In this document: one piece after another, positions 1-9,741 of the stretch | Numbering within the stretch: the stretch's first letter is position 1 | Layout of the letters: every line of letters begins with the position of its first letter | Assembly: GCA_038227875.1 (NCBI GenBank) | Contig: JBBRPR010000032.1 | Coordinates: forward strand, 31,428 to 95,427 | Length of the DNA: 64,000 bases | Source of the DNA: Planctomycetota bacterium | GTDB taxonomy: Bacteria; Planctomycetota; SZUA-567; H5-PLA8 | Direction: 5' to 3' | The notes under the pieces: generated by a model | The model's database searches: none | Told to the model about the DNA's origin: nothing | The model's input: only the letters and a program-made list of their open reading frames with translations | Translations under genes and position numbers: made by a program

Positions 1-171
1 ATGAAAGTCGAAAAGCAGCGCACGGGCAGCAGCACGCTGGTGAAAGTCGAGGTCGTCGACGGTGAAAAGCGCATCGACGAGCTGGCGATGATGCTCCGCG
101 GCGCCGATGCCAACGCTCACACCCGCGCCGAAGCGGCCGCGATGCTCAAGGAAGCGCAAGCGTCGCTGTAA
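1..171 (+). CDS. recN: DNA repair protein RecN, C-terminal end (partial, continues upstream of window)
   Basis: Frame 1 reads MKVEKQRTGSSTLVKVEVVDGEKRIDELAMMLRGADANAHTRAEAAAMLKEAQASL*, resembling the RecN tail (V.K...T...V..L....R..E.A.ML.G). Confidence 0.75.
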   Translation: MKVEKQRTGSSTLVKVEVVDGEKRIDELAMMLRGADANAHTRAEAAAMLKEAQASL

Positions 172-236
172 TCAGCCTAACCTTTGTGCCTTTGGGTACA
201 CAGGTTCTACACGTACAACAAAAGCATATATTTTAG

Positions 237-258
237 CTTAGGGACTGTAGTCCCTAAG
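237..258. repeat. Short palindrome between convergent recN and lpxD
   Basis: cttagggact-gt-agtccctaag, perfect 10-bp arms. Confidence 0.5.
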
Positions 259-272
259 GTCGGAAACGGGTA

Positions 273-1328
273 TTACTCGTCTTCCTTGAGCGCTTTCAAC
301 TCCCGCTCCAGATCGCGCACGCGTTCGATCAAGTCTGGTAGCCGCCGGTACGCGGCGAGTTGCTTGAACGCGTCTTTCGCCTCGACGGCGTAGAGTCCGA
401 AGACTTCGACACCCGGCGGCACGTCCTTGCCGATGCCGGCCTTCGCAGCGGCCTTTGCACCCTTGCCGAGAAAGACGTGATCGGCGACACCGGCGTTGCC
501 GCCGAGGACGGCGTAGTCGTCCATGCCCGACGATCCGGCCAGCGCCGACTGACCGCAGAGAATGCAGTGGTTGCCCACGCGCACGCCATGGCCGATCTGG
601 ACGAGGTTGTCGATCTTCGTGCCGTTGCCGACTTTCGTCGCGTCCAGCGCGCCGCGGTCGATGCAGGCGTTGGCGCCAATCTCGACGTCGTCACCGATCA
701 CCACCGTGCCCACCTGCGGCACTTTGATGTACTTTCCGCCGCGGAATTTGTAGCCGAAACCATCGGCGCCCAGCACCGCGCCGGCATGGACGGTGACGCG
801 TTGCCCGAGCGTCGTGTTGTCGTACAGAACCACGTTGGGAAAGATGCGCGAATCGTCGCCGACGGCGCAATTCCGGCCGATCACCACATGCGGCATGATC
901 ACCGCGCGCGCGCCAATTTTCGTGCCGCTGCGGATCACGGCATACGGGCCGACATGGGCACCCAGTCCGATTTCCGCGCCCGGTTCGATCACGGCCCGCG
1001 CGTCGATGCCCGGCTTCTCAGCGGTTTCCGGGAAGAACAGCGCCAGCGCCTTGATGAAAGCGATTTCCGGATCGGGGCTCAGCAGCAGCGCCGTCCCGCC
1101 CGGCAGATTCGCCGGTTCGGTCTTGGCGATTACGGCGCCGGCCTTGGTTTTTTCAAGCTGAGGCTGGTATTTTGGATCGCTGAACGGAGCGATCTGCGAG
1201 GCGTCCGCCGCGGCCAGATTCGACAGGCCCGTCACGACCAGGCTGCCGTCGCCGCGGGCGAGTGTGGCGCCCAGCTTCTCGGCCAGAATTTGAAGAGTGA
1301 TGGGTGGGGGAGGGGTCATAGCGCTCAT
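273..1328 (-). CDS. lpxD: UDP-3-O-(3-hydroxyacyl)glucosamine N-acyltransferase
   Basis: Hexapeptide repeats; GADGFGY, PQVGTVVIGDDVEIGAN, IDRGALDAT, KIDNLVQIGHGV; downstream of bamA-skp. Start placed at MSAMTP. Confidence 0.95.
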   Translation of the reverse strand: MSAMTPPPPITLQILAEKLGATLARGDGSLVVTGLSNLAAADASQIAPFSDPKYQPQLEKTKAGAVIAKTEPANLPGGTALLLSPDPEIAFIKALALFFPETAEKPGIDARAVIEPGAEIGLGAHVGPYAVIRSGTKIGARAVIMPHVVIGRNCAVGDDSRIFPNVVLYDNTTLGQRVTVHAGAVLGADGFGYKFRGGKYIKVPQVGTVVIGDDVEIGANACIDRGALDATKVGNGTKIDNLVQIGHGVRVGNHCILCGQSALAGSSGMDDYAVLGGNAGVADHVFLGKGAKAAAKAGIGKDVPPGVEVFGLYAVEAKDAFKQLAAYRRLPDLIERVRDLERELKALKEDE

Positions 1329-1339
1329 CCTGATGTAAC

Positions 1340-1393
1340 TTGTGGTGCAGCTTCTCCGCATTGAGCTTTAGCGCGGAGAAGTCTGCACCACAA
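1340..1393. repeat. REP-like imperfect inverted repeat
   Basis: ttgtggtgcag-cttctccgc ... gcggagaag-t-ctgcaccacaa between skp and lpxD. Confidence 0.6.
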
Positions 1394-1428
1394 AATGGTT
1401 GGACGATTCGGTACGTACGACTGCCAGC

Positions 1429-2094
1429 TTACTTCTTGTTTTCGGCGCCGAGCGTGTTCTTGTAATCGTCGTTGAGCTTGGAGATGACCTTGTCGGTGAC
1501 TTCCACGCCCTGCGAGAAGTACATCACGGGATTTTCGCGGAAGCGGCGGACGAGGTCGGCGGCCGACTTGGGTTCATCCTTCTTTTCTTCACCCTTCTTT
1601 TCGGCGTCGAATTCGTCGTCGAATTCCGGAGCGCGGAGGATGAGGTCGAACTTCTCGGCGGTGCCGACGGTGCGGATCGCGGCCTTGATCTCGTTGAGCA
1701 CCTTCTTCATCTCTTCCTTGCGCTTCTCTTCAACGCGCACGTAGAGCTCCTGAAACTTCATTTCCAGCTCGGCCTTGTGCAGTTCGAACTGCTGAATCTG
1801 CTTGAAGAAATTGATGTCCTTCTTCGGGTCGGACGGATTGAGGCGGATGATGTCTTCCTGCTTCTTCAGATCCGCGTTCTCCTTCTCGATCACCTTGCGG
1901 TCGGGTTCGAAAAGAGATTCCATCTTCTGCTGCACATCCTTGACGCGCTGGTACGCGGCGAAAACGCGCGAGACGTTGACGACGGCGATGCGCTTGGAGT
2001 CCTCGGCTTTCACCGCCGACGGCACGAGCATGAGACCGGCAACGAACAGCACCAGAACCGCCATGAAACCACGACCGAAATTCATCGTTATCAC
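1429..2094 (-). CDS. skp: OmpH/Skp family periplasmic chaperone
   Basis: Signal peptide, RIAVVNVSRVF, long coiled coil, FDLIL...VEVTDKVISKLN; bamA-lpxD context. Confidence 0.85.
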   Translation of the reverse strand: MITMNFGRGFMAVLVLFVAGLMLVPSAVKAEDSKRIAVVNVSRVFAAYQRVKDVQQKMESLFEPDRKVIEKENADLKKQEDIIRLNPSDPKKDINFFKQIQQFELHKAELEMKFQELYVRVEEKRKEEMKKVLNEIKAAIRTVGTAEKFDLILRAPEFDDEFDAEKKGEEKKDEPKSAADLVRRFRENPVMYFSQGVEVTDKVISKLNDDYKNTLGAENKK

Positions 2095-2172
2095 TCCTTT
2101 AAGTCACAACCGCGCAATCCGCGCGTTCTTCCCGGGCGGCCACAGGAGCCGCCAAGCCGTTCAACAGATCTT

Positions 2173-2898
2173 CTACTTGCCGCCGTTATTAGCTGGGGCA
2201 ACCAGGGTGGAAGCGCCCTTCGAGCGCTTCAGGTAATCGTCATTCAGGCGCGTCAACACGTCCTTGGTGATATCCACGGGCTTGGCGCCGTAGAGCACCG
2301 GATTGCGGTTGAAGCGCTCGATCAATTCGCCGACCGATTTCGGGCCGTTCAATTCCAGCCAGGTCTTGTTGTCGCCGGCCGCCGGATCGCGCGGGCCGTT
2401 CTTGTCGCCTTCGGTCACGTTCGGGTCGTCGGCGTCGGGCGAACGCAGCACCAGGTCGAAGTGCCCCGAATCGGCCACGGTACGGATCGCGACGCGGATG
2501 TCGGTCAGGATATCCTTCATCCCCTTGGTGTATTCCTGCTGGATGCCTTCGTCGTAGCGGCGGCGATCGCGGTCGAACATGTACTGATCGCGGCGCAGCT
2601 GCTGAATCTTGTCGAAGATGTCGGGGCTGGCATCCGGGTTGTTCATGAACTGGTCGAGATCTTTATTGCGCTGCGCCAATTCCTTGAAGCGCTGCTGCAA
2701 GGTGTTTTCTTCGCCCTTATGCGTTTCATCGATCTTGCGCTGCAGGTCGGGCACCTTGGTGTAGTTTTCGAAGATGAACGAGACGTTCACGATCGCCAGC
2801 TTCTGCGGGGCAAGGTCGGCCGCCGACGCGTGACGGCAGAGCGGCAATCCGGAAACGAGCACGGACACGAGCAGAAAAAGCGCAACAGACAACTTCAC
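2173..2898 (-). CDS. skp: OmpH/Skp family periplasmic chaperone (second paralog)
   Basis: KLAIVNVSFIF, coiled coil, FDLVL...VDITKDVLTRLN; GTG start chosen after a GGAGG RBS. Confidence 0.85.
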   Translation of the reverse strand: MKLSVALFLLVSVLVSGLPLCRHASAADLAPQKLAIVNVSFIFENYTKVPDLQRKIDETHKGEENTLQQRFKELAQRNKDLDQFMNNPDASPDIFDKIQQLRRDQYMFDRDRRRYDEGIQQEYTKGMKDILTDIRVAIRTVADSGHFDLVLRSPDADDPNVTEGDKNGPRDPAAGDNKTWLELNGPKSVGELIERFNRNPVLYGAKPVDITKDVLTRLNDDYLKRSKGASTLVAPANNGGK

Positions 2899-3036
2899 CA
2901 CGAACCTCCTCCAGCTTTCATTCCACGCACCGAAATGGGAAGGTGACATTCTGTCATCCCCGTTCCGGTTGGCAACTCTCAAAAGACAGCGGTGAGCGCT
3001 GAACCTTCAATGTTCACGCAGGCAATTGCACGGTCT

Positions 3037-5589
3037 TTAGAAACGCGTGCCGAACGTGAAGTCGATCGTCTTGGTGCGGTCCTGTTCGGTATGGGCCAGC
3101 GGGTGCGAGAAATAAATGCGCACCGGCAGCGGCGAAATAGGCGTGCGGATCGCCAGTCCCATGCCGACGGACGTGCGCCAGGAACCCGTGTTGGTAACGG
3201 TCGTGCGCGGATCGGTCTGGCCCGCGTCGAAGACATTGCCGGCGTCCGCGAAGACGCTGCCGCGGACCACTTCTTCGTACAGCGGCAGCGAGTATTCCGC
3301 CGACGCGAGAAGTTCCTTCTTGCCGCCGATCTGGAAACCGTTCTCCAACGGCGTGAGCGTGCGGTACTGGAAGCCGCGGACAGTGTCGATACCGCCGGCA
3401 TAGTAGCGCAGGAAGGGCGGGGGATCGGAGGTCTTGCCGTAGCCTTCGATGTCGCCGGCCTTGCCGTGCAGTTCGAGGATGTGCTTGCCGCCGCCGGCCG
3501 TCTTGTAGACGGTCAGGTAGCGGGCGATGTCCAGTTCGGCGCGGGCGTAATCCCAATCGCCCAGCAGCGGTCCGCCGCCCAGTTCCACCGACGCCTGCAT
3601 GATCATGCCGCGGCTGGGGAGCAGACGGGAATCGCGGCTGTCGTAGACCAGGCGCGGGGTGATGCTGCTGATCAGGCTCTGCCCTTCCTGTTCGCGCAGG
3701 ATCGGCGGGAAGCGGTGGCTGATCTTGCCAATGTCGGTGAAGCTGAAGCGGTAGTCGATTTCGCCGTCCCAGCGCGGTCCCCACAGGCGCTTGCCGACGC
3801 TGATGTTGATGCCGGTGTTGGTCTCGCTGAAATTCTGGTAATTGTCGACGTTGCGGAAGAGCGAGCCGCCGAGGCGGATCGGGCGGTCGAAGGCCCACGG
3901 TTCGGTGAAGGCCAGCAGGTAGTTCTGGCGCTTCTTGCCGCCGCTGGCTTCCAGGCTGGCCGTTTCGCCGGCGCCGGTGAAGGCGTTGCCGCCGAACAGG
4001 TCGCGCCAGCTCTTGGGCATGTTGCGGTAATCGAAATTGCGCTGCGTCACCTTCACATTGCCGACGACCGAATCGACCGAGGAGACGCCGACGCCGAAGT
4101 TGAATTCGCCGGTGTTCTTTTCGGTCACGTCGATGATCAGGTTCGCTTCTTCCGGATTGTCAGTCGCTTCCGGCGTGATGCGCACGTCGTCGTTGAAGTA
4201 ATTGAGATTCTTCAGGCGCTGGATGGCGATCTTCATCTTGGTCGTGTCGATGCGGTCGCCGGGGAACAGTTCCATCTGGCGGATGATGACCTTGTCGCGC
4301 GTCTTGACGTTGCCGCGCGTGATCACTTCCCGCAGCGTGACTTCGGCGCCTTCACGGACTTCGACCTGGACGTCGTAGAGATTGGGCTGCTTCTTCGTGC
4401 GTTCCGGATCGGTCACGAACTTGCTCGACGCATAGACCTTCGTGAAGACGCGGCCGCGTTCGCCGTAGAGATCGACGATGCGGTCGTGATCGTCGCGCAG
4501 CAGCAGGAAGTCGGAGTAGACCGCGCCGGGCTTGATCTTCATCACGGCGATGATCTCTTCCTTCGGAATCGATTCGTTGCCGGTGATGGTCACGGTGCCG
4601 GTGTGGTATTGCGGGCCTTCGCTGACGTGGATGACCAGCTCCGCCAGGCGCTTGCGTTTGCGGAACCAGTTCCAGTACGTTTCCTGCGAGACGTTGACGT
4701 CGACGGTTTCGACCTTGGCGTCCATGTAGCCGTGCTGCCAGTAGAATTGCTGAATGCGGTTCTTGTCGTTATCGAGTTCCTCGTCCTTCAGGTCGCCGGC
4801 GCGGAAGAGGCGGCGGTACTTGGTGGCCATGACGTTGCGCAGCGCCGTTTCGCTGAAGGCCTTGTTGCCGACGAAATGAATCGCGCGCACGCCGACCGGG
4901 CTGCCTTCGTCGAGCGTAAAGGCGATCAGCACTTCGTCCTGAACTTCGACTTCCTTGTTGGCGATGACCTGCCGGTGGCTGGAGATCGTTTCGATGCGGT
5001 ATTCGACCTTCACGCCGCGGAAGGCGTGGTCGCGGTAATACTGCTCGATCTTGGTGCGGTCCTTGTGGACTTCACCCGGGTCGTAGCGGCCGCCTTCGTG
5101 CGATTGCATCTGCTCGAGCAGCTTCGAATCGCTGACGGACTTGGTGCCGCGGAAGGTGATCTTGCTGATCACGCCTTTTTCCTGCAGGTCGATGGCCAGC
5201 ATCACGCCGCCGGGCCAGGGCTGAGGTTCGGTGGTGCGGACGTTGAGGAAGTAGCCGGAATCGTAGAGACGGTGGAAGTCTTCGTCCCAGATCTTGCGGT
5301 TGAACGGACGGCCCTTGCGCGTGCGGATCAGGCGCAGCACCGTGCCTTCGTCGACGCGGGTCAGACCGCGGATGTCGATGTTCTGGACGGTCTGGCCTTC
5401 GAACTGTTCGGTTTCGTCCTGAGGCGGGCCGGCCCGTTCTTCCGCGCGTAAGCCCGGAGCGGCGAAGGCGAAAAGAACGACCGATAATATCAGACCCAAC
5501 ACCGTACTGAGTGTTCCTGGCCATCGGGTCGTGGCTCTCAAGCTGCCGGGGCAGCGTGAGCTGAGAAGCGGAGAGGAGATCAGGCGCAA
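3037..5589 (-). CDS. bamA: Outer membrane protein assembly factor BamA
   Basis: POTRA repeats (ITGNESI, GNVKTRDKVIIRQ), YYAGGIDTVRGF motif, C-terminal FTFGTRF beta-signal. Exact start uncertain. Confidence 0.95.
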   Translation of the reverse strand: MRLISSPLLSSRCPGSLRATTRWPGTLSTVLGLILSVVLFAFAAPGLRAEERAGPPQDETEQFEGQTVQNIDIRGLTRVDEGTVLRLIRTRKGRPFNRKIWDEDFHRLYDSGYFLNVRTTEPQPWPGGVMLAIDLQEKGVISKITFRGTKSVSDSKLLEQMQSHEGGRYDPGEVHKDRTKIEQYYRDHAFRGVKVEYRIETISSHRQVIANKEVEVQDEVLIAFTLDEGSPVGVRAIHFVGNKAFSETALRNVMATKYRRLFRAGDLKDEELDNDKNRIQQFYWQHGYMDAKVETVDVNVSQETYWNWFRKRKRLAELVIHVSEGPQYHTGTVTITGNESIPKEEIIAVMKIKPGAVYSDFLLLRDDHDRIVDLYGERGRVFTKVYASSKFVTDPERTKKQPNLYDVQVEVREGAEVTLREVITRGNVKTRDKVIIRQMELFPGDRIDTTKMKIAIQRLKNLNYFNDDVRITPEATDNPEEANLIIDVTEKNTGEFNFGVGVSSVDSVVGNVKVTQRNFDYRNMPKSWRDLFGGNAFTGAGETASLEASGGKKRQNYLLAFTEPWAFDRPIRLGGSLFRNVDNYQNFSETNTGINISVGKRLWGPRWDGEIDYRFSFTDIGKISHRFPPILREQEGQSLISSITPRLVYDSRDSRLLPSRGMIMQASVELGGGPLLGDWDYARAELDIARYLTVYKTAGGGKHILELHGKAGDIEGYGKTSDPPPFLRYYAGGIDTVRGFQYRTLTPLENGFQIGGKKELLASAEYSLPLYEEVVRGSVFADAGNVFDAGQTDPRTTVTNTGSWRTSVGMGLAIRTPISPLPVRIYFSHPLAHTEQDRTKTIDFTFGTRF

Positions 5590-5595
5590 GCGATC

Positions 5596-7056
5596 CTATT
5601 CCCCCGCCGCCTGTTGGTCAGGCGTATAACTGACAAAGCGCAGAATGTCTTTCTGAAACGTCAGCTTCACGTTTCCGACCGGGCCGTTTCGGTTCTTCAA
5701 CACCATCGCGTCGCCCACATTGATGTGCTCCGCGTTCTTCTCGAGGTTGTAGTACTCCTCGCGGTACAGCATGATCACCACGTCGGCGTCCTGTTCGATC
5801 GACCCCGATTCGCGCAAGTCGGACAGCTGCGGGCGCTTGTCGTTGTCGCGCTTTTCCGCGGAGCGGTTGAGCTGCGACAGGACGATCACGGGAATTTCCA
5901 TTTCACGTGCGATCGCCTTCAGGCCACGCGAGATTTCCGCGACTTCCTGTTCGCGGTTGTCACGCTTGCCCGGCGGCCCCTGCATCAGCTGCAGGTAGTC
6001 GATGACGACAAGACGAATATCCTGGCGCTGGCGTAGCCGCCGGACTCGTGCACGTAGTGCGTTAATGGAAATCCCTGAAGTGTCATCGATATAAATCGGT
6101 GCACTCTGTAGAACTTTTCCCCAGAAGCGCATGTCTTCGAACTCTTTTTCGTCGAAATCGTAGCGGCGCATGCGCTGCGCAGAGAGCCCCGCCTGCGCGC
6201 ACAGAATGTTCTTGGCGACCTGCTCGCGCGGCATTTCCAAGCTGAAGATGGCAGTGGGTTTAACCGTCTTTTCGTGGCCCACGGAAATCTGTCGCGCGAT
6301 GTTGATCGCGAACGTGGTTTTACCCATCGACGGGCGGCCGGCGATAATAATTAATTCTCCCGGCCACAATCCGCCGGACATCAAACGATCCAGGTCGACG
6401 AAGTGGGTCGGCAGCGCCGGCGATTCGATCTCACGCCCTTCGCGCTTGGCGGCCTGAACTTTTTCGGCGTTCTCGAGCGCCTTGGTCATCATGTCGACCA
6501 TCGGCACGGCGTCGTTGTTGGACCGCTTGTCGGAGATCTTGAAGATGATCTGCTCGGCTTCTTCGATCAGCTCGTCGCTGCGCAGCGCGCCGGGCGTCTG
6601 CACGCGCTGCAGAATCGTGGCCGCGGCGACGAGCAATTCGCGCTCAACGGCGCGTTCGCGGACGAGGCGGCAGTAGTTTTCGATGCCCGCGGCGCTGGGC
6701 GTGTCCATCATCAGCTTGCCGACTTCATCGCGGCCGCCGACGGAATCCAACAGGCCCTGACGCGTCAGTTCGGAGACGGCGACGAGCTCGTCGAGATTCT
6801 CGGACTTCTGGAAGAGTTCGCTTAAGACTTTGAAGAGCGTGCGGTGCCGCGGCAGGTAGAAATCGTCGGGCTTGAGTTCTTCGATGGCGACATAAGCGGC
6901 CTGAGACTCGATGAGCATCGAGCCTAAAACGCCACGCTCGGCCTGTTCATCGAACGGAGGGACTTTCTCCAGATTCGATTCGGGCTTGCGTAATGCGTCA
7001 TTTGCAGCACTGCCGCGTGATTCCTCACGCTCAGCAGAGCCACGGCCGGTCGCCAT
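5596..7056 (-). CDS. dnaB: Replicative DNA helicase
   Basis: PPFDEQAERGVLGS, Walker A GRPSMGKT, VIDYLQLM, LSQLNR, SDLRESGSIEQDAD, KNRNGPVG; no intein. Confidence 0.98.
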   Translation of the reverse strand: MATGRGSAEREESRGSAANDALRKPESNLEKVPPFDEQAERGVLGSMLIESQAAYVAIEELKPDDFYLPRHRTLFKVLSELFQKSENLDELVAVSELTRQGLLDSVGGRDEVGKLMMDTPSAAGIENYCRLVRERAVERELLVAAATILQRVQTPGALRSDELIEEAEQIIFKISDKRSNNDAVPMVDMMTKALENAEKVQAAKREGREIESPALPTHFVDLDRLMSGGLWPGELIIIAGRPSMGKTTFAINIARQISVGHEKTVKPTAIFSLEMPREQVAKNILCAQAGLSAQRMRRYDFDEKEFEDMRFWGKVLQSAPIYIDDTSGISINALRARVRRLRQRQDIRLVVIDYLQLMQGPPGKRDNREQEVAEISRGLKAIAREMEIPVIVLSQLNRSAEKRDNDKRPQLSDLRESGSIEQDADVVIMLYREEYYNLEKNAEHINVGDAMVLKNRNGPVGNVKLTFQKDILRFVSYTPDQQAAGE

Positions 7057-7370
7057 GGATCCCCCCCAACCCCATTGCGTACTTATCGCGATGTTTGCCT
7101 GCAGCCAGAGCAGTCCTTGACCGACGCCGCCAACGCCTTTACAGCCAGGCGTTCACGGAGAACAGTGGCGGAACGGACTTCGTTGTGGCTGCGAACTTGA
7201 ATTAAACGCCCAAGCGACAAAAACCTTCGTGGAAATGCCTGTCGATAAAGGCTTTTCCACGCAGGTCGGGCTATTTCTTAATTCAGGCTCTTGGACCCAG
7301 ATGCTAACCGGACCGGTTAAATTTTCCATCGAAAGCACAGGGAATGTGAAGGGTTGTTATATTCGTGCAA

Positions 7371-7417
7371 TCCGTTTTCGTTCAATGAGTTATAACATAA
7401 ATTGAACGAAAAACGGA
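7371..7417. terminator. Inverted repeat downstream of rplI, possible terminator or binding site
   Basis: tccgttttcgttcaat ... attgaacgaaaaacgga around an AT-rich loop. Confidence 0.45.
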
Positions 7418-7443
7418 TGCAGCGCTTCACCTGTGCACGGCTT

Positions 7444-7893
7444 TTAGTCGCCTTCGGCCACGATCCAGACCTTGATCACGGCTTCCGCGCCCGGGGCCAG
7501 CTTCAACGTAACATCAGGCGTGCCCAAGGTTTTGAAGGGCGCTTCAATGGCGACGGCAGCGGCGGGAACGTGGATCTTGTGTTCGGCCAGAATCGCTTTC
7601 GCAATTTCTTCTTGGCCCACCGATCCATACAACTTTTCTTCCTGCGCCTTGGCGGAGATCGTCACCGAGCGGCCGTTCAGCATTTCAGCCACCGATTTGA
7701 GCTCTTCCACGCGCTTCTGTTCGCGGACCAGGCGGCGCTTGCGTTCCGCTTCGATCTGCTTTTCAGAATCGGCGGTGCAGAGGTAGGCCATCTGGCGGGG
7801 CAGCAGGTAGTTGCGCGCAAATCCGTCGCGCACTTCGACCACTTCACCCAGCTTGCCCAGCTTCTCAATGTCGTCGCGCAAAATGACTTTCAT
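7444..7893 (-). CDS. rplI: 50S ribosomal protein L9
   Basis: MKVILRDDIEKLGKLGEVVEVRDGFARNYLLP, KLYGSV; GGAG RBS. Confidence 0.98.
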   Translation of the reverse strand: MKVILRDDIEKLGKLGEVVEVRDGFARNYLLPRQMAYLCTADSEKQIEAERKRRLVREQKRVEELKSVAEMLNGRSVTISAKAQEEKLYGSVGQEEIAKAILAEHKIHVPAAAVAIEAPFKTLGTPDVTLKLAPGAEAVIKVWIVAEGD

Positions 7894-8009
7894 GTCGTTC
7901 TCTCCACTAAAAATGCATGCTTTAGCACAACAGCAATTCAACAATTCGCTGATTTGAGCCACCCGCTGCGCTCAAATCCCGGTCATTCGACTTTCGCCGC
8001 TCAACTTTC

Positions 8010-8276
8010 TTAGCGTCCAACGAACGGCAACAACGCCAGCAATCGCGCGCGCTTGACGGCGATCTGGATGCGGCGCTGACAGAACGCGCAGGCGCCCGAC
8101 CGCTTGCGGGAGAACAGCTTGCCCTGCGGGGTCACCAGCTTCATCAGCATGCGGGTGTCCTTGTAGTCGACGTTGCACTTGCCGTCCTTCATGAAGCGGC
8201 ACGCGCCACGCCGGCCGCGGAATCCGCCCATGCCGCCGTCGCGATCTTCTCTGCTCTGGAATTCTCGTTCAGCCAC
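8010..8276 (-). CDS. rpsR: 30S ribosomal protein S18
   Basis: VDYKDTRML..GKLFSRKRSGACAFCQRRIQIAVKRARLLALLPF. Confidence 0.97.
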   Translation of the reverse strand: MAEREFQSREDRDGGMGGFRGRRGACRFMKDGKCNVDYKDTRMLMKLVTPQGKLFSRKRSGACAFCQRRIQIAVKRARLLALLPFVGR

Positions 8277-8351
8277 GTGTCTTGCTCCTTATGCTTATGT
8301 GTTCTGGTCGTAACCTTCGTACTGTTTTGAAACTCTAAACGTCTCGACGTC

Positions 8352-8870
8352 TTAAAACGGAATGTTCTCTTCGGGAATGTCCAGGTCTTCCGGTTCCGGA
8401 CCGGAGTCCATGTCGTTGGGCTGCTGATGCTGCGGCGGAGCCTGACGCTGCTGCGGGGGACGCGGAGGACGATTGGCCGGCGCGCCGCCGCCCTGTCCAC
8501 CACCACCACCACCGCTGCCACCGGGACCACCCTGTCCGCCACCGACGAATTGAATGCGATCGGCGACGACCTTCAACTTCGAACGCTTCTGGCCGGTGGT
8601 CTTGTCGTCCCACTGGTCCAGCTTGAGCCGGCCTTCGACGAAAATCGGCCGGCCTTTGCTCAGGTACTGATGCGCCGTCTCGGCGGTTTTGCCGAAGGCG
8701 TCGATGTCCACGAACGTGACTTCTTCGCGCAGCTCGTTGGTCTTCGTGTCGCGGAACTTGCGGTTGACCGCCAGCCCCAACTGCGCCACGGCCATGCCCG
8801 AGGGCGTATAGCGCATCTCAATATCGCGCGTCAGGTTTCCCATGAGCAGTACTTTGTTCAGGCTCGCCAT
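8352..8870 (-). CDS. ssb: Single-stranded DNA-binding protein
   Basis: [36 protein letters not shown], Gly-rich linker, acidic tail EENIPF. Confidence 0.98.
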   Translation of the reverse strand: MASLNKVLLMGNLTRDIEMRYTPSGMAVAQLGLAVNRKFRDTKTNELREEVTFVDIDAFGKTAETAHQYLSKGRPIFVEGRLKLDQWDDKTTGQKRSKLKVVADRIQFVGGGQGGPGGSGGGGGGQGGGAPANRPPRPPQQRQAPPQHQQPNDMDSGPEPEDLDIPEENIPF

Positions 8871-8932
8871 GTTTATAGTTCTCCACACTGGCTTTCCAGA
8901 GGTCCTGCACTCACCCATTCCGCTGAACCGAT

Positions 8933-9088
8933 AGGGGTCAGGGGTCAGGGGCCAGGGGTCAGCGATCGTTCATCGCTGACATCCTACATGAACTCCACTT
9001 TCACTTTCGATCGCACAAGCAACGTCTTCAAGCCGAGTCACTAAGCCAAGGGTGCTTTTTCTGTTCTGACCCCTGACTCCTGACCCCT
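8933..9088. repeat. Inverted pair of heptamer tandem arrays (AGGGGTC)n ... (GACCCCT)n
   Basis: About 4 units at 8933-8962 and about 3 inverted units at 9066-9088 in the rpsF-ssb gap. Confidence 0.75.
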
Positions 9089-9094
9089 GCAGTA

Positions 9095-9679
9095 CTAGTG
9101 CCGGGGACCCGAGGACGAACCGCCGCTCGATCCACCCGGACGCGGGCCACGGCGATCGCCGCCGCCACCACCGCCGAAGAACCGGCGTTCGCCGCCGCCG
9201 CCACCACCACCGCCGCCACCGAAGCCGCCGCCGAAATCGTCATCGTCCAGCGCGCGCACCGGCGGAGAGGTCGTCAGACCGTCTTCGTCCACGGTGATCA
9301 TGTGGCGCAGCACGACTTCCGAGAGGCGCGCGTTACGGTCAATCTTGATCACGGCTTCCGTCGGAGCGGAGAAGTGATTGATGATGTACAGACCGCGCTT
9401 GCGCTTCTTGATCTGGTAGGCCAGGCGGCGTTCTTCCCACTTGTCCGCGTTGAGCCACGTGCCGCCGCCCTTCTCGACGATCTCCTTCAGCGCCACGATT
9501 ACCTTGTTGTAGTCTTCGCGGCCCGTGTTCGCGTCGACCACCCACATGCACTCGTACAAGCGCACGCCGGTGGGCAGTTCCGGAGTCGGCATCACCGGAG
9601 CGGGTGCCGCAACAGGAGCGGCCGCTGCCGGAGTCGCCGCAGCTGCGGGAGCCGCCGGGGGTGTTGTGCTGTCGGACAT
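9095..9679 (-). CDS. rpsF: 30S ribosomal protein S6 with N- and C-terminal low-complexity extensions
   Basis: YECMWVV, WEERRLAYQIKK..GLY, RLSEVVLRHMI; position between pth and ssb. Confidence 0.93.
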   Translation of the reverse strand: MSDSTTPPAAPAAAATPAAAAPVAAPAPVMPTPELPTGVRLYECMWVVDANTGREDYNKVIVALKEIVEKGGGTWLNADKWEERRLAYQIKKRKRGLYIINHFSAPTEAVIKIDRNARLSEVVLRHMITVDEDGLTTSPPVRALDDDDFGGGFGGGGGGGGGGERRFFGGGGGGDRRGPRPGGSSGGSSSGPRH

Positions 9680-9741
9680 AGTCTGTGTCTCCTTTTTCGT
9701 TTCTGCTTTTCTGCGTTCGTCGTTTCTTTTTTGGTACTGCC

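Noticed and set aside
360..5451. Long plus-strand ORFs (360-1364, 1399-2946, 2992-5451) and similar ones such as 11166-12848 and 42504-45491
   Set aside because: Antisense shadows of clear genes, expected in high-GC DNA; no recognisable motifs.
5596..7056. Intein in DnaB
   Set aside because: Normal length with contiguous motifs.
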